64,000 nucleotides of DNA from an uncultured Ardenticatenaceae bacterium. Lineage in GTDB: Bacteria > Chloroflexota > Anaerolineae > Promineifilales > Promineifilaceae. Positions 8,315 to 20,240 of the stretch are shown here, in pieces. Position 1 is the stretch's first letter. Each line of letters opens with the position of its first letter. The notes below the pieces were generated by a model that was not told where the DNA came from, did no database searches, and worked only from the letters and a program-made list of their open reading frames with translations. The position numbers were made by a program, and so were the translations under genes. The stretch spans positions 6,428 through 70,427 of the forward strand of contig CAYLJW010000004.1 in assembly GCA_964384155.1 (NCBI GenBank), in the 5' to 3' direction.

Positions 8315-9661
8315 TTAGGGCAGGCTGAAGCGGAATAGCTTGTTGGCGTTGCCCGTGGCGAGCATCTCGCCCTGGTTGTTAAAGGTGATGCCAAACACAA
8401 AGCCCTCGGTGTCTGTTACGCCCAGGTAGCTGCCGCTGTTGGCGAATGTGAGAATGCCGGGGAAGTCGCTGACATAGATGCGGCCCTGGCCGTCCACGGC
8501 AATAGCGCTGGGGCTGGTGAACTGGCCGGGTTCCCGGCCCGTGCTGCCAAAGCGCGAGAGATAACGGCCTTCGTTGCTGAACATAAATACCCCGTTTTGG
8601 CGCTTTCCCAGCACGTCCTGGTAGACGGCCAGCATATAAACGTTGCCCCGGCCGTCGACGGCCAGCCGGTCGGCGCTGTTGATCTCGGCGGCCTCTTCCA
8701 AATTGACCACATGCAAGACATTGCCCACGGCGTCGAAGCGCACATATTCGCCGAAGTGATTGAGGGCCACGATGTCGCCGTTGGGCGCAACAGCCACGTC
8801 GCGAAATGAAACCAGCGTGTTGCTCGTGTAAGTCAGCTCGCCTAAGGGCTCGCCGCTCTCGCGGCTGAAGCGCACCAGGTTGCCGGCCTGCACCGCCAGC
8901 AGCTCGCCCTGCGCGCCCACGGCGAGGGACTGGATAACCTGATCCTTATTCCATTGCCAGACGCCCTGGGAATTGCCCTCACCGTTGAAGCGCTGGACAC
9001 GGCCGTTGCTGTAGTCGGCGATGTAAACGACGCCATCTGGCGCCACGGCCATCGCGCGCGGATCGACGAACTGGCCGGGCGCAATGCCTTCGCTGCCAAA
9101 ACTATCGATCAGCGTAGCGTAACCCTGGGGCCCGGCCGGGGCCGGCGCCCGGGGCGTGATCATCTGCACTTCGCGAACGATCTGCGCCACTTCTGTAGCC
9201 ATAGGCTCTTGGGCAAAGAAGGACCAGACGGCTGCGCCGCCGGCGAGAAGGGGTACGACGACCGTGCCAACGACGACCAGCATCACCACCAGGCCGATAA
9301 TGCAGCCTAAGCGCCGGCCGGCGCCTGAGCCGCTGCCGGCCTGAATGCTCACGTGCTGCGTCGAAAGGCTCAGGCCGTCGGCCAGGCGGGCCACGGCCTC
9401 TTGCGCCTGCGTATGGTTCACGCCAAAGGTAGCAGCGAACAGCGTGGCCGCCTCGTCGCGCTGTCCGGCGTTGATCAGGCGCACGACCTCGTGCATTGTG
9501 CTCTGATGGCCGTAGAGATTAGAGACCGCCTGGGTGTTGCGCCGCAGCGACTGCGGAACGATGACCGTGCTGCCGCAATAGTCGCAGCGCACGGTGGCGT
9601 GATCGCCGCCGTCGTATTCCAGGCGCCCGCTGCAAGATGGACAACGAAAAACTTCTGCCAT
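8315..9661 (-). CDS. membrane-anchored NHL-repeat beta-propeller protein with N-terminal zinc ribbon
   Basis: CPSC...CDYC zinc ribbon, one transmembrane helix (IIGLVVMLVVVGTVVVPLLAGG) and repeated NHL-like units (GQFVDPRAMAVAPDGVVYIADYSNGRVQRF etc.). ATG at 9661 follows GGAGGG. Confidence 0.75.
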   Translation of the reverse strand: MAEVFRCPSCSGRLEYDGGDHATVRCDYCGSTVIVPQSLRRNTQAVSNLYGHQSTMHEVVRLINAGQRDEAATLFAATFGVNHTQAQEAVARLADGLSLSTQHVSIQAGSGSGAGRRLGCIIGLVVMLVVVGTVVVPLLAGGAAVWSFFAQEPMATEVAQIVREVQMITPRAPAPAGPQGYATLIDSFGSEGIAPGQFVDPRAMAVAPDGVVYIADYSNGRVQRFNGEGNSQGVWQWNKDQVIQSLAVGAQGELLAVQAGNLVRFSRESGEPLGELTYTSNTLVSFRDVAVAPNGDIVALNHFGEYVRFDAVGNVLHVVNLEEAAEINSADRLAVDGRGNVYMLAVYQDVLGKRQNGVFMFSNEGRYLSRFGSTGREPGQFTSPSAIAVDGQGRIYVSDFPGILTFANSGSYLGVTDTEGFVFGITFNNQGEMLATGNANKLFRFSLP

Positions 9662-9731
9662 GACCTTTCCCTCCAAACAAAAGCGTTGAGATGATTATGC
9701 GTTATAGTATTAACGGAAATCCTTTCATCTT

Positions 9732-10673
9732 TTGGAGATGCCGTTGCCAGCCCTTTTACGCGCCGTGCACTTTATGCGTCTGGGCCGTCCCCTTTTCTTA
9801 GCCGGAGGCGTCTCCCTCTACCTGCTGGGCGCGGCGATTGCCTTTTACGAAGGAGCCACTCTCAATTTAACGGCGTTGGTCGTGGGACAACTGGCAGTTA
9901 CGGCCACTCAGGTGATGACGCATTATAGCAATGATTATTTCGATCTGGCAGCCGATCGAGCCAATCTGACGCCGACGCGCTGGTCTGGGGGGAGCGGCAT
10001 TCTGCCGGCGGGGGCCATTGCGCCGCGCACGGCGCTGATTACAGCCGTGGCAGCCGGGCTGTTGGCCCTGCTTACTGCCGCCTGGCTGGCGCTGCAGTTA
10101 CGCCATGCGCCGCTGGTGTTGCCCCTGCTGCTGCTGGCCTTGTTTCTGGCGTGGAACTATAGCGGCCCGCCGCTGCGGCTGCACTCCAGCGGCGGCGGCG
10201 AGCTTGCCGCCGCCGTGCTCATTGCGGGGCTTACGCCGCTCACCGGCGCTTATCTGCAGACCGGCCGGCTCACGTGGCTGCCGCTACTGGCCGCGCTGCC
10301 GCTGGTCAGCTTGCAGCTCATCATGCTCATCCTGATCGAGTTTCCCGATGCGCAGGGCGACGCGGCCGTGGGCAAGGAGACGCTGGTGGTGCGCATGGGC
10401 GCGCCGCGCGCCGCGCGCCTGCTGCAGGCATTGATCGTGGGCCACGGGCTCTTGCTGCTGCTGGTTACCGTTGCCGGGCTGCCGCGCCTGGTGAGCGCGG
10501 CTGTGGCACTATTCAATGCGCCGGGGCTTTTATGGCTGCTGTGGCGTTTGCGCCAGGGGGTATGGGCGCAGCAGGTGTGGTGGAATTGGCTGGGCTTCAC
10601 CGGCGTGGCGCTGATTGTGGGAACGGCGCTGGTGCAGTGGGCCGCGTTTCTGGCGTTGTTCGCCGTGAAGTAG
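9732..10673 (+). CDS. UbiA-family aromatic prenyltransferase (MenA-like), polytopic membrane protein
   Basis: First Asp-rich motif NDYFDLAADR and second motif DAQGDAAVGKETLVV, with multiple hydrophobic helices. Confidence 0.8.
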   Translation: MEMPLPALLRAVHFMRLGRPLFLAGGVSLYLLGAAIAFYEGATLNLTALVVGQLAVTATQVMTHYSNDYFDLAADRANLTPTRWSGGSGILPAGAIAPRTALITAVAAGLLALLTAAWLALQLRHAPLVLPLLLLALFLAWNYSGPPLRLHSSGGGELAAAVLIAGLTPLTGAYLQTGRLTWLPLLAALPLVSLQLIMLILIEFPDAQGDAAVGKETLVVRMGAPRAARLLQALIVGHGLLLLLVTVAGLPRLVSAAVALFNAPGLLWLLWRLRQGVWAQQVWWNWLGFTGVALIVGTALVQWAAFLALFAVK

Positions 10674-10694
10674 GGTCGCGGCGGCCCTTGCCCC

Positions 10695-11816
10695 TTAGTA
10701 ACCCAGGCCCCAGGTATATTCCAGGTTGCCGAAGGCGGGACTCATAGCGCGCACGTCGAGCGGCTTGCCGCCGATTCGTCCCGACAGGTCGGTGGCCTCG
10801 AAGACGAATTCATTGTAGTTGTACAGAGACCACCAGCGCTGCTGCAGCTTGGGCCGTTCCAGGACGACCTGGTTGTGGGTGTAGGGCAGCAGGCGAAAGG
10901 TGAGGAAATCGCCGTTGCTGGCCTGGCAATAAGCCGTGAACTGCGGGTAAGAGCCGTTGCCCGGCGTCACGCCCAGGCGCACTTGTTTGAAGCGCGTGGT
11001 CTCTAACGTGCCGGCGCGGCTGAAATAGCCCGATGGCACGATGGGCAGGGTCAGGTTTTCCAGCCACTTGGGGAAGAGGCGGTCGCCGCGGCGCAGGAGG
11101 TGAGGGCCGACGTAGGGAATAAAACAGGAGAAGATGCTGCCGTCGGCAAAGGCCAGCCAGATCCATTTCCAGGGGAAGGGCAGAATGTTGAGGCAGATGC
11201 GCTGGAAGTAGCCAATTCCGGCCAGAGACTGCTTGCCGGCGGGCGTTGTGAAATCGCCTTCGAACTGGATGTGGCGCCAGGCCAGGGTGTCGGCGCCGCC
11301 GAGCGGCGTCTCGATGGCGCTGTCGGTGGGGGAGGATATCTCTGAGGCTGGATCGCCCCAGGCGCGGAAGTCGCCGCCGCCCTGCCGGCCGCAGAAGCGA
11401 GCATCAACCTGGAAAGGGCGCCCGCTGCCCGGCGTGATTTCGCCGCCGTAGCCTTGCTCGTTCCAGGCGTGAAGCGACTGCCCACGCGCCAGGCGCAGAA
11501 CGACCATTTCGTCCAGCAGCTTGTCGTACATGTGCTGCCCGTCGTACATCCAGCCGAGCGCATAGCCGTCGATCGGCTGCTCGCGGTGGGCCGGGCGCGC
11601 GCCGGCGGGGTTGTGCAGGGGCAGGCCCCTGTTCAGCATGCCATTGACCTGCACCTCTTCGCCGGCAACCGAAACCAGCACAAACATGATCTGCTGCGGG
11701 CCATATCCGCCACCCGGCTGCTGTGGCTGCAGCAAAAAGAACCACCATAACGAAGAAAAAGGGTTTGTCTTTTCGGGGTACCAGTCCCAGATCCGTGAAT
11801 AGCTCTCTTTTGTCAT
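10695..11816 (-). CDS. hypothetical protein; weak resemblance to the tocopherol-cyclase family (unverified)
   Basis: 373-aa ORF from ATG 11816. Trp/Phe-rich N-terminal segment (NPFSSLWWFFLL) and FPWKWIWLAF are reminiscent of cyclase motifs. Convergent with the UbiA gene. The functional call is speculative. Confidence 0.55.
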   Translation of the reverse strand: MTKESYSRIWDWYPEKTNPFSSLWWFFLLQPQQPGGGYGPQQIMFVLVSVAGEEVQVNGMLNRGLPLHNPAGARPAHREQPIDGYALGWMYDGQHMYDKLLDEMVVLRLARGQSLHAWNEQGYGGEITPGSGRPFQVDARFCGRQGGGDFRAWGDPASEISSPTDSAIETPLGGADTLAWRHIQFEGDFTTPAGKQSLAGIGYFQRICLNILPFPWKWIWLAFADGSIFSCFIPYVGPHLLRRGDRLFPKWLENLTLPIVPSGYFSRAGTLETTRFKQVRLGVTPGNGSYPQFTAYCQASNGDFLTFRLLPYTHNQVVLERPKLQQRWWSLYNYNEFVFEATDLSGRIGGKPLDVRAMSPAFGNLEYTWGLGY

Positions 11817-11913
11817 GACCTTTGTCTTCTCGTTGTTCCGATTAGGATGGTTGCAGGCCAAGTGTACTGGGAACTGTGCGCCCTGGCCAAATTGTCTTGT
11901 GCTTTGCTCACCG

Positions 11914-11955
11914 AAAAAAAAGCGCCCGGCGCCGCTTGGGGGCAGGCCGGGCGCT
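11914..11955 (-). terminator. rho-independent terminator downstream of fhs
   Basis: Minus strand has AGCGCCCGGC...GCCGGGCGCT followed by T8, 33 nt after the fhs stop. Confidence 0.7.
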
Positions 11956-11987
11956 GCGAAGGGGGCCAGTGTGGTTAGAGCTTACGC

Positions 11988-13886
<1,899 letters not shown>

Positions 13887-14041
13887 ACGCTTCTTAACTC
13901 CTTCAAATTGATAAAATATGAGCGCGAGAAGAGACGGTTACGCCTCTACCGGCTGCTCAACCGGACAGTAATGATGCGCCGCGCTCTAACCTCGGCTAGA
14001 ATGAGCGATATTGTCTTGCGCCACCGCAGAAAGGGAAGTCT

Positions 14042-14899
14042 GTGTCACAAGAGGAATCGGTCGTCGTCGCTTTTCAAGGAGAGCGCGGAGCATACTCCGA
14101 GCAGGCTGTGCGCAGTCACTTTGGAACATCGGTAACGGCCCTTGCCTGTCACTCGTTTGTCGACATTTTCGAAGCGATTCATCGCGGGCAGGCACGGCAC
14201 GGTATGCTGCCCGTAGAGAATTCGCTTGCCGGAACAGTTGTGCCAGCCTACGATCAGCTCATGGATCATGACCTGCGCATACAGGCTGAAGTTGTTCTTA
14301 AGGTAGAGCACTGCCTCCTGGCTGCGCCGGGCACGCGGCTGGAGGAGATTAAGCGCGCCATCTCTCATCCGCAAGCGCTGGCCCAATGTGAAAGAACGTT
14401 ACGGCGGCTGGGCATTGAGCCGGTGGTGCATTACGACACGGCCGGCGCAGCACGAGATCTGGCCGCCACACCACAACCGCGCACGGCAGCCATCGCCAGC
14501 GCACTTGCCGCCGAGACCTACGGCCTGGAAGTCGTGGCGCGCAGCCTCGAAGACCTGCCCTTTAACTATACACGTTTCTTCGTATTGGGCCTATTTGACC
14601 CGCCACGAAACGATCCCAGCAAAAGCTCGATTGTTTTTACCACCGGGCACGAGCCCGGCTCGCTGCATGCTGTGCTGGGCGAGCTGGCGCAGCGCAGCAT
14701 CAACCTCACGAAGATCGAATCGCGCCCGCGGCGCAACCGGCCTTGGCACTACGTCTTCTACGTCGATTTTGAAGGGCACGCCGACGACGCCGCGGTGCAG
14801 GATGCGCTGATGGGTATTCTAAAACGAGCGTCACTCCTAAAGGTGCTCGGCTCTTATCCCGCGGCGCAGTCGATAGACCAGGCGTCGCCTGACTCGTGA
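14042..14899 (+). CDS. pheA: prephenate dehydratase
   Basis: PDT domain (VAFQGERGAYSEQA, NYTRFFVL) plus ACT domain with the ESRP motif (TKIESRPRRNRPWHYVFYVDFEGH). Confidence 0.9.
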   Translation: MSQEESVVVAFQGERGAYSEQAVRSHFGTSVTALACHSFVDIFEAIHRGQARHGMLPVENSLAGTVVPAYDQLMDHDLRIQAEVVLKVEHCLLAAPGTRLEEIKRAISHPQALAQCERTLRRLGIEPVVHYDTAGAARDLAATPQPRTAAIASALAAETYGLEVVARSLEDLPFNYTRFFVLGLFDPPRNDPSKSSIVFTTGHEPGSLHAVLGELAQRSINLTKIESRPRRNRPWHYVFYVDFEGHADDAAVQDALMGILKRASLLKVLGSYPAAQSIDQASPDS

Positions 14900-14981
14900 G
14901 GTACATGGGTGAGTATGATCTTTTCGCAGCGGCCTTCGCAGTGACACCTTGCCTTAATTTGTATGATGACTGTCATCTATT

Positions 14982-15506
14982 TTGTCGATTATATCGTGGA
15001 ATGCGGCGCGCGTGAGTAATGCGACGCCTGTTTCGCAAGCGCTCAGCGATCTGGGCGTGGCACACCGTGAATTTCGGCATCCGGGCCCGGTGAGCTCGCT
15101 GGAACAGGCAGCCGAGGAGCGCGGGCAGCGGCCGGAGCAGGTGGTGCGCAGCTTGCTTTTCCGCATTCGCGGTGGGCAGTTCGTGATGGTGCTGATTGCC
15201 GGCGCGCAGCAGGTGGATTGGCGCGCGCTGCGCAGCCAACTGAGCGAGTCGCGGCTCACGACCGCCAGCCGACAAGAGGTGCTGCGAGTGACCGGCTATG
15301 AGCTAGGCGCTGTGGCGCCCTTTGGCCTGCCGCAAGCGCTGCCCCTACTTGTCGACGAGAGCGTTTTGCAGCCGGAGGAGCTTTCTATTGGCTCTGGCGT
15401 GCGCGGCGTGGCCGTGATCCTCAAGCGTGACGCCCTGCTGCACGCCCTACAGGCCCTGGGCGACGCGCCCGTGGTGCGCGTGGGGCAGGAGACGATGGAA
15501 ACATAG
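14982..15506 (+). CDS. YbaK/EbsC-type aminoacyl-tRNA editing (deacylase) domain protein
   Basis: [12 protein letters not shown] and the overall length fit the YbaK/ProX family. The start codon is uncertain. Confidence 0.65.
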   Translation: MSIISWNAARVSNATPVSQALSDLGVAHREFRHPGPVSSLEQAAEERGQRPEQVVRSLLFRIRGGQFVMVLIAGAQQVDWRALRSQLSESRLTTASRQEVLRVTGYELGAVAPFGLPQALPLLVDESVLQPEELSIGSGVRGVAVILKRDALLHALQALGDAPVVRVGQETMET

Positions 15507-15538
15507 GGGCGCAACGCCAGATAGACTTGCAGGGGAAG

Positions 15539-17290
15539 CTAACGGTCGCCGTCGACGGGCAGGCTGAGCACAAATTGCAGCGAGCGGTCGGGGCTATGCA
15601 CATAGAAGAGCCAGGCAGGTTCAAGGCGCTGCCCGGGAAGATTTTCTCGGCGTTCTGTACGGTAGAGATAGCCGGGCGTGAGCCACTCAACGATGAGGAT
15701 GGTGGGCATGATATCACTGTATTGCAGGGCTGCCTGCCATTCGCCGGCGGGGGCGACGTTGTCGAAGGGCTGCTTTTCGACGGGGGCGGGGCTGATCAGG
15801 GCGATCCATGGCATAGGCGCTTCTTCTGCGGCGTAGGCAAAGGGGGCGCAGAGATAAGCAGGGACGTCGACGGGCGCATCTGGAGGGTACGCCAGCACGT
15901 AGGATTGGCCTTCTTCTGTGCGGAAGTGCAAGGATTCTCCCTGATGATTGAGCACGCCCTGCAAGCAGGACAGGGCAGCTTCAGGATCCAACGACCGCCA
16001 GTGGCTGACGGAGATGCGCTGCCAGCCACCGGGCAGTGGTTCGAGCAGGGTTGCGCTGACCTCGACAAATAGCTCATTCTCTATGCCGGTCAGGTTCTCA
16101 CCGGTCATGATGATGACGTCGGTTGCTTCGGGATGCTGGCGGAAGGTCAATAGGGGTTGCCCGTCGCCGGGCTGGTCGGGCGCCGGATGCAGTATCGCGA
16201 CGAGTCCGACGATGGTGACTGTTGTGCCCGGCTCTGCGGCTGAAAAGTCGGGGACGTAGGTGTGGGCCATGTTCTCAAGCTGCGTGGGACGGCGCGCGTC
16301 GACAGTCACCTGACTTGCAAGCAGCTGTTCAAAGGCGGCTGTCGCCGATGGCAGCTGGTCGGTCGCTTCGATGGGCGCGAAGCTTAGCGGTTGCAGATGC
16401 GCCTCGAGAACGCTGCCACCGGGGGCGACGACCACTTCGGAAGAGACGAAGTGGACGGGATTGCCGTTCAGCGTAGGAATAACTTCTACACGCCATAGAC
16501 CGTCGTCAGCGGTGGGTAGTTGCTGCCGCAGCACATATTCGTCTGGAAGCAGCGCGGCGTCTTGCAGAAACTGCACGGCGATTGAAGCGGCATCGGCAAA
16601 AGATGAGATCGTGTTCTCGCTTTGTATGGCAGTGGGATCGTTGTAGAAGAGAGGGAAGCGGACGTGGTTATTATTGACGACGAGTCGCCGACCGGCGTCA
16701 TCACGGGCGAACCAGCCTTCGAGCGAGCCTTGCCCCTCGAAAACGAGCGGGGCATCCATACCTAAAGCCAGGGCCATAGCGCGCACGTCCTGGACTGTTG
16801 CGAACAAAGGCGCGGCATCGACAACGTAACGGGTGAGCTCCTCTGCTTCTTCGCTGAGCGGCGCCGGCACGCGAAATTCGGTCCCGTTGAAGAGACCGGC
16901 GGTACCGCGCATGGTGACGACAGAGGGGCGTGTGGGGATGGCGTCCGGCGGCGGGCCGGCGGCGGGGCCGGCGAGAGGGTCGCGGAACAGGGTGGTGACA
17001 AAGAGGGCAAAGAGCAGGAAGGCTGCCAGAGCTACGCCGCCGGCGAGCAGGCGCGAAAGGGTGGGCCACAGGAACCAGGGACGACGGGCAGAAGCATGCT
17101 CGCTCTGCAGCTGCTGCAAAAGCTCGTTGATGAACGGCAGGCGCGGTTGCAGGTGGGGCGCTTGCTGCCAGGTCTGCAAGGCTTGCACCATCTGCTGTGC
17201 TTCTGGCGCCAGCTCGTGGTCTGTTGCGGCGCTGTTTTCCAGGTGGGATTCCAACGCCTGTGGATCCGTGATGCGTTTGTTTTTACTCAT
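15539..17290 (-). CDS. putative anti-sigma factor, single-pass membrane protein with large extracytoplasmic domain
   Basis: Overlaps the stop of the upstream ECF sigma gene by 8 nt. Short cytoplasmic N-terminus, then a transmembrane helix (LLAGGVALAAFLLFALFVTTLF). Confidence 0.55.
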   Translation of the reverse strand: MSKNKRITDPQALESHLENSAATDHELAPEAQQMVQALQTWQQAPHLQPRLPFINELLQQLQSEHASARRPWFLWPTLSRLLAGGVALAAFLLFALFVTTLFRDPLAGPAAGPPPDAIPTRPSVVTMRGTAGLFNGTEFRVPAPLSEEAEELTRYVVDAAPLFATVQDVRAMALALGMDAPLVFEGQGSLEGWFARDDAGRRLVVNNNHVRFPLFYNDPTAIQSENTISSFADAASIAVQFLQDAALLPDEYVLRQQLPTADDGLWRVEVIPTLNGNPVHFVSSEVVVAPGGSVLEAHLQPLSFAPIEATDQLPSATAAFEQLLASQVTVDARRPTQLENMAHTYVPDFSAAEPGTTVTIVGLVAILHPAPDQPGDGQPLLTFRQHPEATDVIIMTGENLTGIENELFVEVSATLLEPLPGGWQRISVSHWRSLDPEAALSCLQGVLNHQGESLHFRTEEGQSYVLAYPPDAPVDVPAYLCAPFAYAAEEAPMPWIALISPAPVEKQPFDNVAPAGEWQAALQYSDIMPTILIVEWLTPGYLYRTERRENLPGQRLEPAWLFYVHSPDRSLQFVLSLPVDGDR

Positions 17291-17924
17291 CCAGACACCT
17301 CTCTCGCAAATCGTCTAGGGCTCGTGAGAGGAGCGTGCGCACGGCACCCTTGCGGCGGCCCATCACGCGCGCCGTTTCGGCTGTGGTGAGCCCGGCAAGA
17401 AAGCGCAAGCGGAGCACTTCCTGGCGATCTTCGCTGAGCTGTGGCAGCACGCGCAAAACACAGTCCAGAACGGTGCGGTGGTAGACTTGTTGCTCGGGAG
17501 TTGCAGTGGCTTCATCGGCCATTTGTGCGGCGGCGGGCAACGGCGCCTGGGGATGGCGGTAGGCGTAGCGGTGGTAGCCTTTGCAGACGTTGGCGGCGAT
17601 GGCGAATAGCCACGCGGCAAACGATCCCTTGACGCGGTAGCGGGCGATACCTTCCATGGCGGCGAAAAAGACTTGCGCGGTTAGATCTTCGGCTGGTTGC
17701 GCCTGGTTGGTGCGCGTGTAGCAGTAGCGGTAGACGCGGTCCACATAGCGACGATAGAGCACCTCGAATGCCGCCCAATCGTTCTGCGCGGCTGTGGCGA
17801 GCGTTTCATCGTCTTCCGTGGCGTCTATGTGCGCAGTTGTGCTGACGTTCACCGTTGTCTCCTGGGTGCTGCTGCGAACCGTCGTTCTGGCCCTCTCACC
17901 CTGATTGTTACCGTTGCACGCCAA
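17283..17924 (-). CDS. ECF-type RNA polymerase sigma factor
   Basis: Region 2 (FEVLYRRYVDRVYRYCYTRT...AQVFFAA) and region 4 HTH (LAGLTTAETARVMGRRKGAVRTLLSRA). The true start is probably internal. Confidence 0.8.
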   Translation of the reverse strand: MACNGNNQGERARTTVRSSTQETTVNVSTTAHIDATEDDETLATAAQNDWAAFEVLYRRYVDRVYRYCYTRTNQAQPAEDLTAQVFFAAMEGIARYRVKGSFAAWLFAIAANVCKGYHRYAYRHPQAPLPAAAQMADEATATPEQQVYHRTVLDCVLRVLPQLSEDRQEVLRLRFLAGLTTAETARVMGRRKGAVRTLLSRALDDLRERCLDE

Positions 17925-17927
17925 TTG

Positions 17928-18686
17928 TTACAGGGAATCTGGCGAAACGCGACCCACGCGCAGGTGGAGGGGCCAGCGCACGAGGCGTTCTTGTTGGGGG
18001 TCGCCCCAGGCTTGTTGCAGGGGTTCTAGGATTTCGAGGAGAGGGTGGCGACCGCGATCTTCGAGGTAGTTGCGGGTGCCGGACCAGCTGGAGAGGAAGC
18101 CGAGCAGGTCGTCGAGGGTCCATTGGGCGCGGGCTTCGAAGGGCGGGGGTTCGATTTCGGGAAAGGTGAAGGGGAGGGTCTGGTAGCGGGCTTCGAGGTA
18201 GGCGATGCGCTCGGCCCAGAATCCGGCGAGGGTGTGGCGGTAGTAGTGTTCGATGTAGGCGTCTATGGCGGGGTCGATCTGAGTGAGGTGGTAGGTCCAC
18301 ACGGCGAGGATGGCGCGGGGCATGCTGACGCGGCGCACTTCGCGGTAAAAGGCGTCGAAGTCGAACCAGTGCACGGCGGTGCCCACGGTGGTGAGGGCCA
18401 CGGTTCCTGCGGCGAAGGATGTTTGCTCGGCGGGTTCGACGCGGTAGGTGACGCGTTCGTGAGCAAAGGCGCGGGCGATTTGCTCGGCGCTGGCGTCGGT
18501 GGCAATCACTTGCTCAAACTGTTCAGCCAGGGCCACAGCGGCCTGTCCGTTGCCTGTGGCGCAATCCCAGGCCAGGTCGCGCGCGGGCGCCAGCGCCGCC
18601 AGATATTGGAAAAGGGCCGGCGGGTAGCCCGGGCGATGCGCCGCGTAGGCCGCGGCCAATTTTGAGAAGTGATCTTCGAAGGTCAA
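17928..18686 (-). CDS. class I SAM-dependent methyltransferase
   Basis: SAM motif I (AWDCATGNGQAA) followed by VIATDAS. TTG start at 18686 preceded by AAGGAG at 6 nt. The longest ORF reaches 18806. Confidence 0.75.
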   Translation of the reverse strand: MTFEDHFSKLAAAYAAHRPGYPPALFQYLAALAPARDLAWDCATGNGQAAVALAEQFEQVIATDASAEQIARAFAHERVTYRVEPAEQTSFAAGTVALTTVGTAVHWFDFDAFYREVRRVSMPRAILAVWTYHLTQIDPAIDAYIEHYYRHTLAGFWAERIAYLEARYQTLPFTFPEIEPPPFEARAQWTLDDLLGFLSSWSGTRNYLEDRGRHPLLEILEPLQQAWGDPQQERLVRWPLHLRVGRVSPDSL

Positions 18687-18815
18687 ATCTGTCTCCTTCT
18701 TCACGATGTTATGGACGCATGGCTTGTTTGCACGATAATATCGACCCTCGTTCTCCGCCCGAGAGCCCCCGGTCGGGCGGCCAAAGAGCAAAAATACGGA
18801 TGGCAAGCTTTAACA

Positions 18816-19901
18816 ATGATACATTCTGACAACGTAATTTCCGAGCCGAGCCAGGTAGACGCCGCATGGCTAACACGGGCGCTCACGGCAGCCGGCGCCT
18901 TACGTGACGGCGCGGTTGCCGATGTCGCCATGCAAATCGAAGTGCGTTCGCTTTCTACCATCGCCCGTCTGCAGCTTGCCTATACAGCAGGCGCTCAAGG
19001 CGTGCGCCCGCAGCGGCTCTTTCTGAAAATATGCACCCCCGGTGCGGGCAATGAGCTGCTGGGCCCTTCTGAAGTGCATTATTACACACGCGATTATGCG
19101 GGTGTGCGCGGTGTGCCGTTGCTCACGTACTACGACGCCGCTTACTCGGCGGAGCAGGGCAGCTACCACCTGCTGCTGGACGATGTTTCGGCGACGCACG
19201 CCGAGAGCCACGGTCGCACGCCCACGCTGGCCTATGGCCTGGCGTTGGCCGAAGGGCTGGCGCGCATGCACGTGCATTGGTGGGGGCCGGGGCACCTTGA
19301 GGCGGGCGGCGAAGCGATCCCCGGCGCGGCCGAAATCGAACGTTACGTGGCAATGGCGCGCGCTGGTCTGGCGCCTATGCTGCAAGGCGTGCGCGGAGAA
19401 ATTACGACAACGTGGCGAGCAGCCCTGCACGACCTGTTCACCTATCACCCCGCCGAGATGATCGCGCGCACGGCGAATACGCACGGCTTTACGTTGGTGC
19501 ATGGCGACGTGAACCCCGGCAATATTCTGGCGCCGGTTCTGGGCGACGCGCCGGTTTATATCATCGACCGCCAGCCGTTCGACTGGAGCCTCACCACCTG
19601 GCTGGGCGTGAGCGACCTGGCCTACATGATGGTGCACTGGTGGGATAGCGACATACGGCGCGAATTGGAAACGCCTATCTTGCGCCATTATCACCAGCTT
19701 CTATGCGCGGCCGGCGTGCGCCACTATAGTTGGCAGCAGCTCCTGTTAGACTATCGGTTGTGTGTGGTGCAAAGCGTCTATGTCGCGACTGAATGGTGCC
19801 GCAACGAGGCCGATTGTGTAGACATGAAGTGGGCCTGGTTCCCCATGCTGCAGAAGGCGATGACGGCTTATTTTGATCACGATTGCGCCAGTCTATGGTA
19901 A
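18816..19901 (+). CDS. phosphotransferase-family (APH/choline-kinase-like) protein
   Basis: Brenner/catalytic motif LVHGDVNPGNIL followed by IIDRQ. ATG 18816 is chosen because the upstream extension overlaps the divergent methyltransferase gene. Confidence 0.75.
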   Translation: MIHSDNVISEPSQVDAAWLTRALTAAGALRDGAVADVAMQIEVRSLSTIARLQLAYTAGAQGVRPQRLFLKICTPGAGNELLGPSEVHYYTRDYAGVRGVPLLTYYDAAYSAEQGSYHLLLDDVSATHAESHGRTPTLAYGLALAEGLARMHVHWWGPGHLEAGGEAIPGAAEIERYVAMARAGLAPMLQGVRGEITTTWRAALHDLFTYHPAEMIARTANTHGFTLVHGDVNPGNILAPVLGDAPVYIIDRQPFDWSLTTWLGVSDLAYMMVHWWDSDIRRELETPILRHYHQLLCAAGVRHYSWQQLLLDYRLCVVQSVYVATEWCRNEADCVDMKWAWFPMLQKAMTAYFDHDCASLW

Positions 19902-19970
19902 AACATCAGATGTACACAGCATTGACCTGGAGATCGAGGGTAGCGTTGATGCGGAGAGGCAAGTAAGCTC

Positions 19971-20240
19971 CTATGGGAATACACGATAAATGTCTTTGCG
20001 ATGCAAAAACCTAACGAAGACGACTTCTTTACCCATAACGTCAATGCCAAGCCGGTACTCCCCCAGTCGGATCCGATATATGGTGTCGTAACCTTGCAGC
20101 TTTTTGAGGTTCCGTACTTGACTTAACTCGTCAGCAGCTTTGACTTCTTCGATAATGCTCTGGATGCGCTATAAAAGCTGTTTGTCCTTAAGCCGCCGCA
20201 GATCTCGAGCAAAGCTGGGCTCGAATAAGACCTCCACCAC
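19971..20240 (-). pseudogene. RelE/ParE-family toxin gene interrupted by an in-frame TAG (codon 24)
   Basis: Minus-strand translation: VVEVLFEPSFARDLRRLKDKQLL*RIQSIIEEVKAADELSQVRNLKKLQGYDTIYRIRLGEYRLGIDVMGKEVVFVRFLHRKDIYRVFP. This is a typical RelE/ParE toxin signature (YRIRxGxYR, FxxxxHRKDIY). The stop codon lies at 20169-20171. The locus is AT-rich relative to its flanks. Confidence 0.7.

Noticed and set aside
13887-14041. ZTP (pfl) or THF riboswitch upstream of fhs
   Set aside because: fhs is a frequent ZTP-riboswitch target, but the conserved GGGUCGUGACUGGCG / CCGCCUGGGCA elements are not present in the 155-nt upstream region.
18669-18815. N-terminal extensions of the phosphotransferase gene (from 18669) and of the divergent methyltransferase gene (to 18806)
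   Set aside because: The two longest ORFs would overlap each other by about 140 nt on opposite strands. Internal starts with good RBS or context (ATG 18816; TTG 18686 after AAGGAG) remove the overlap.
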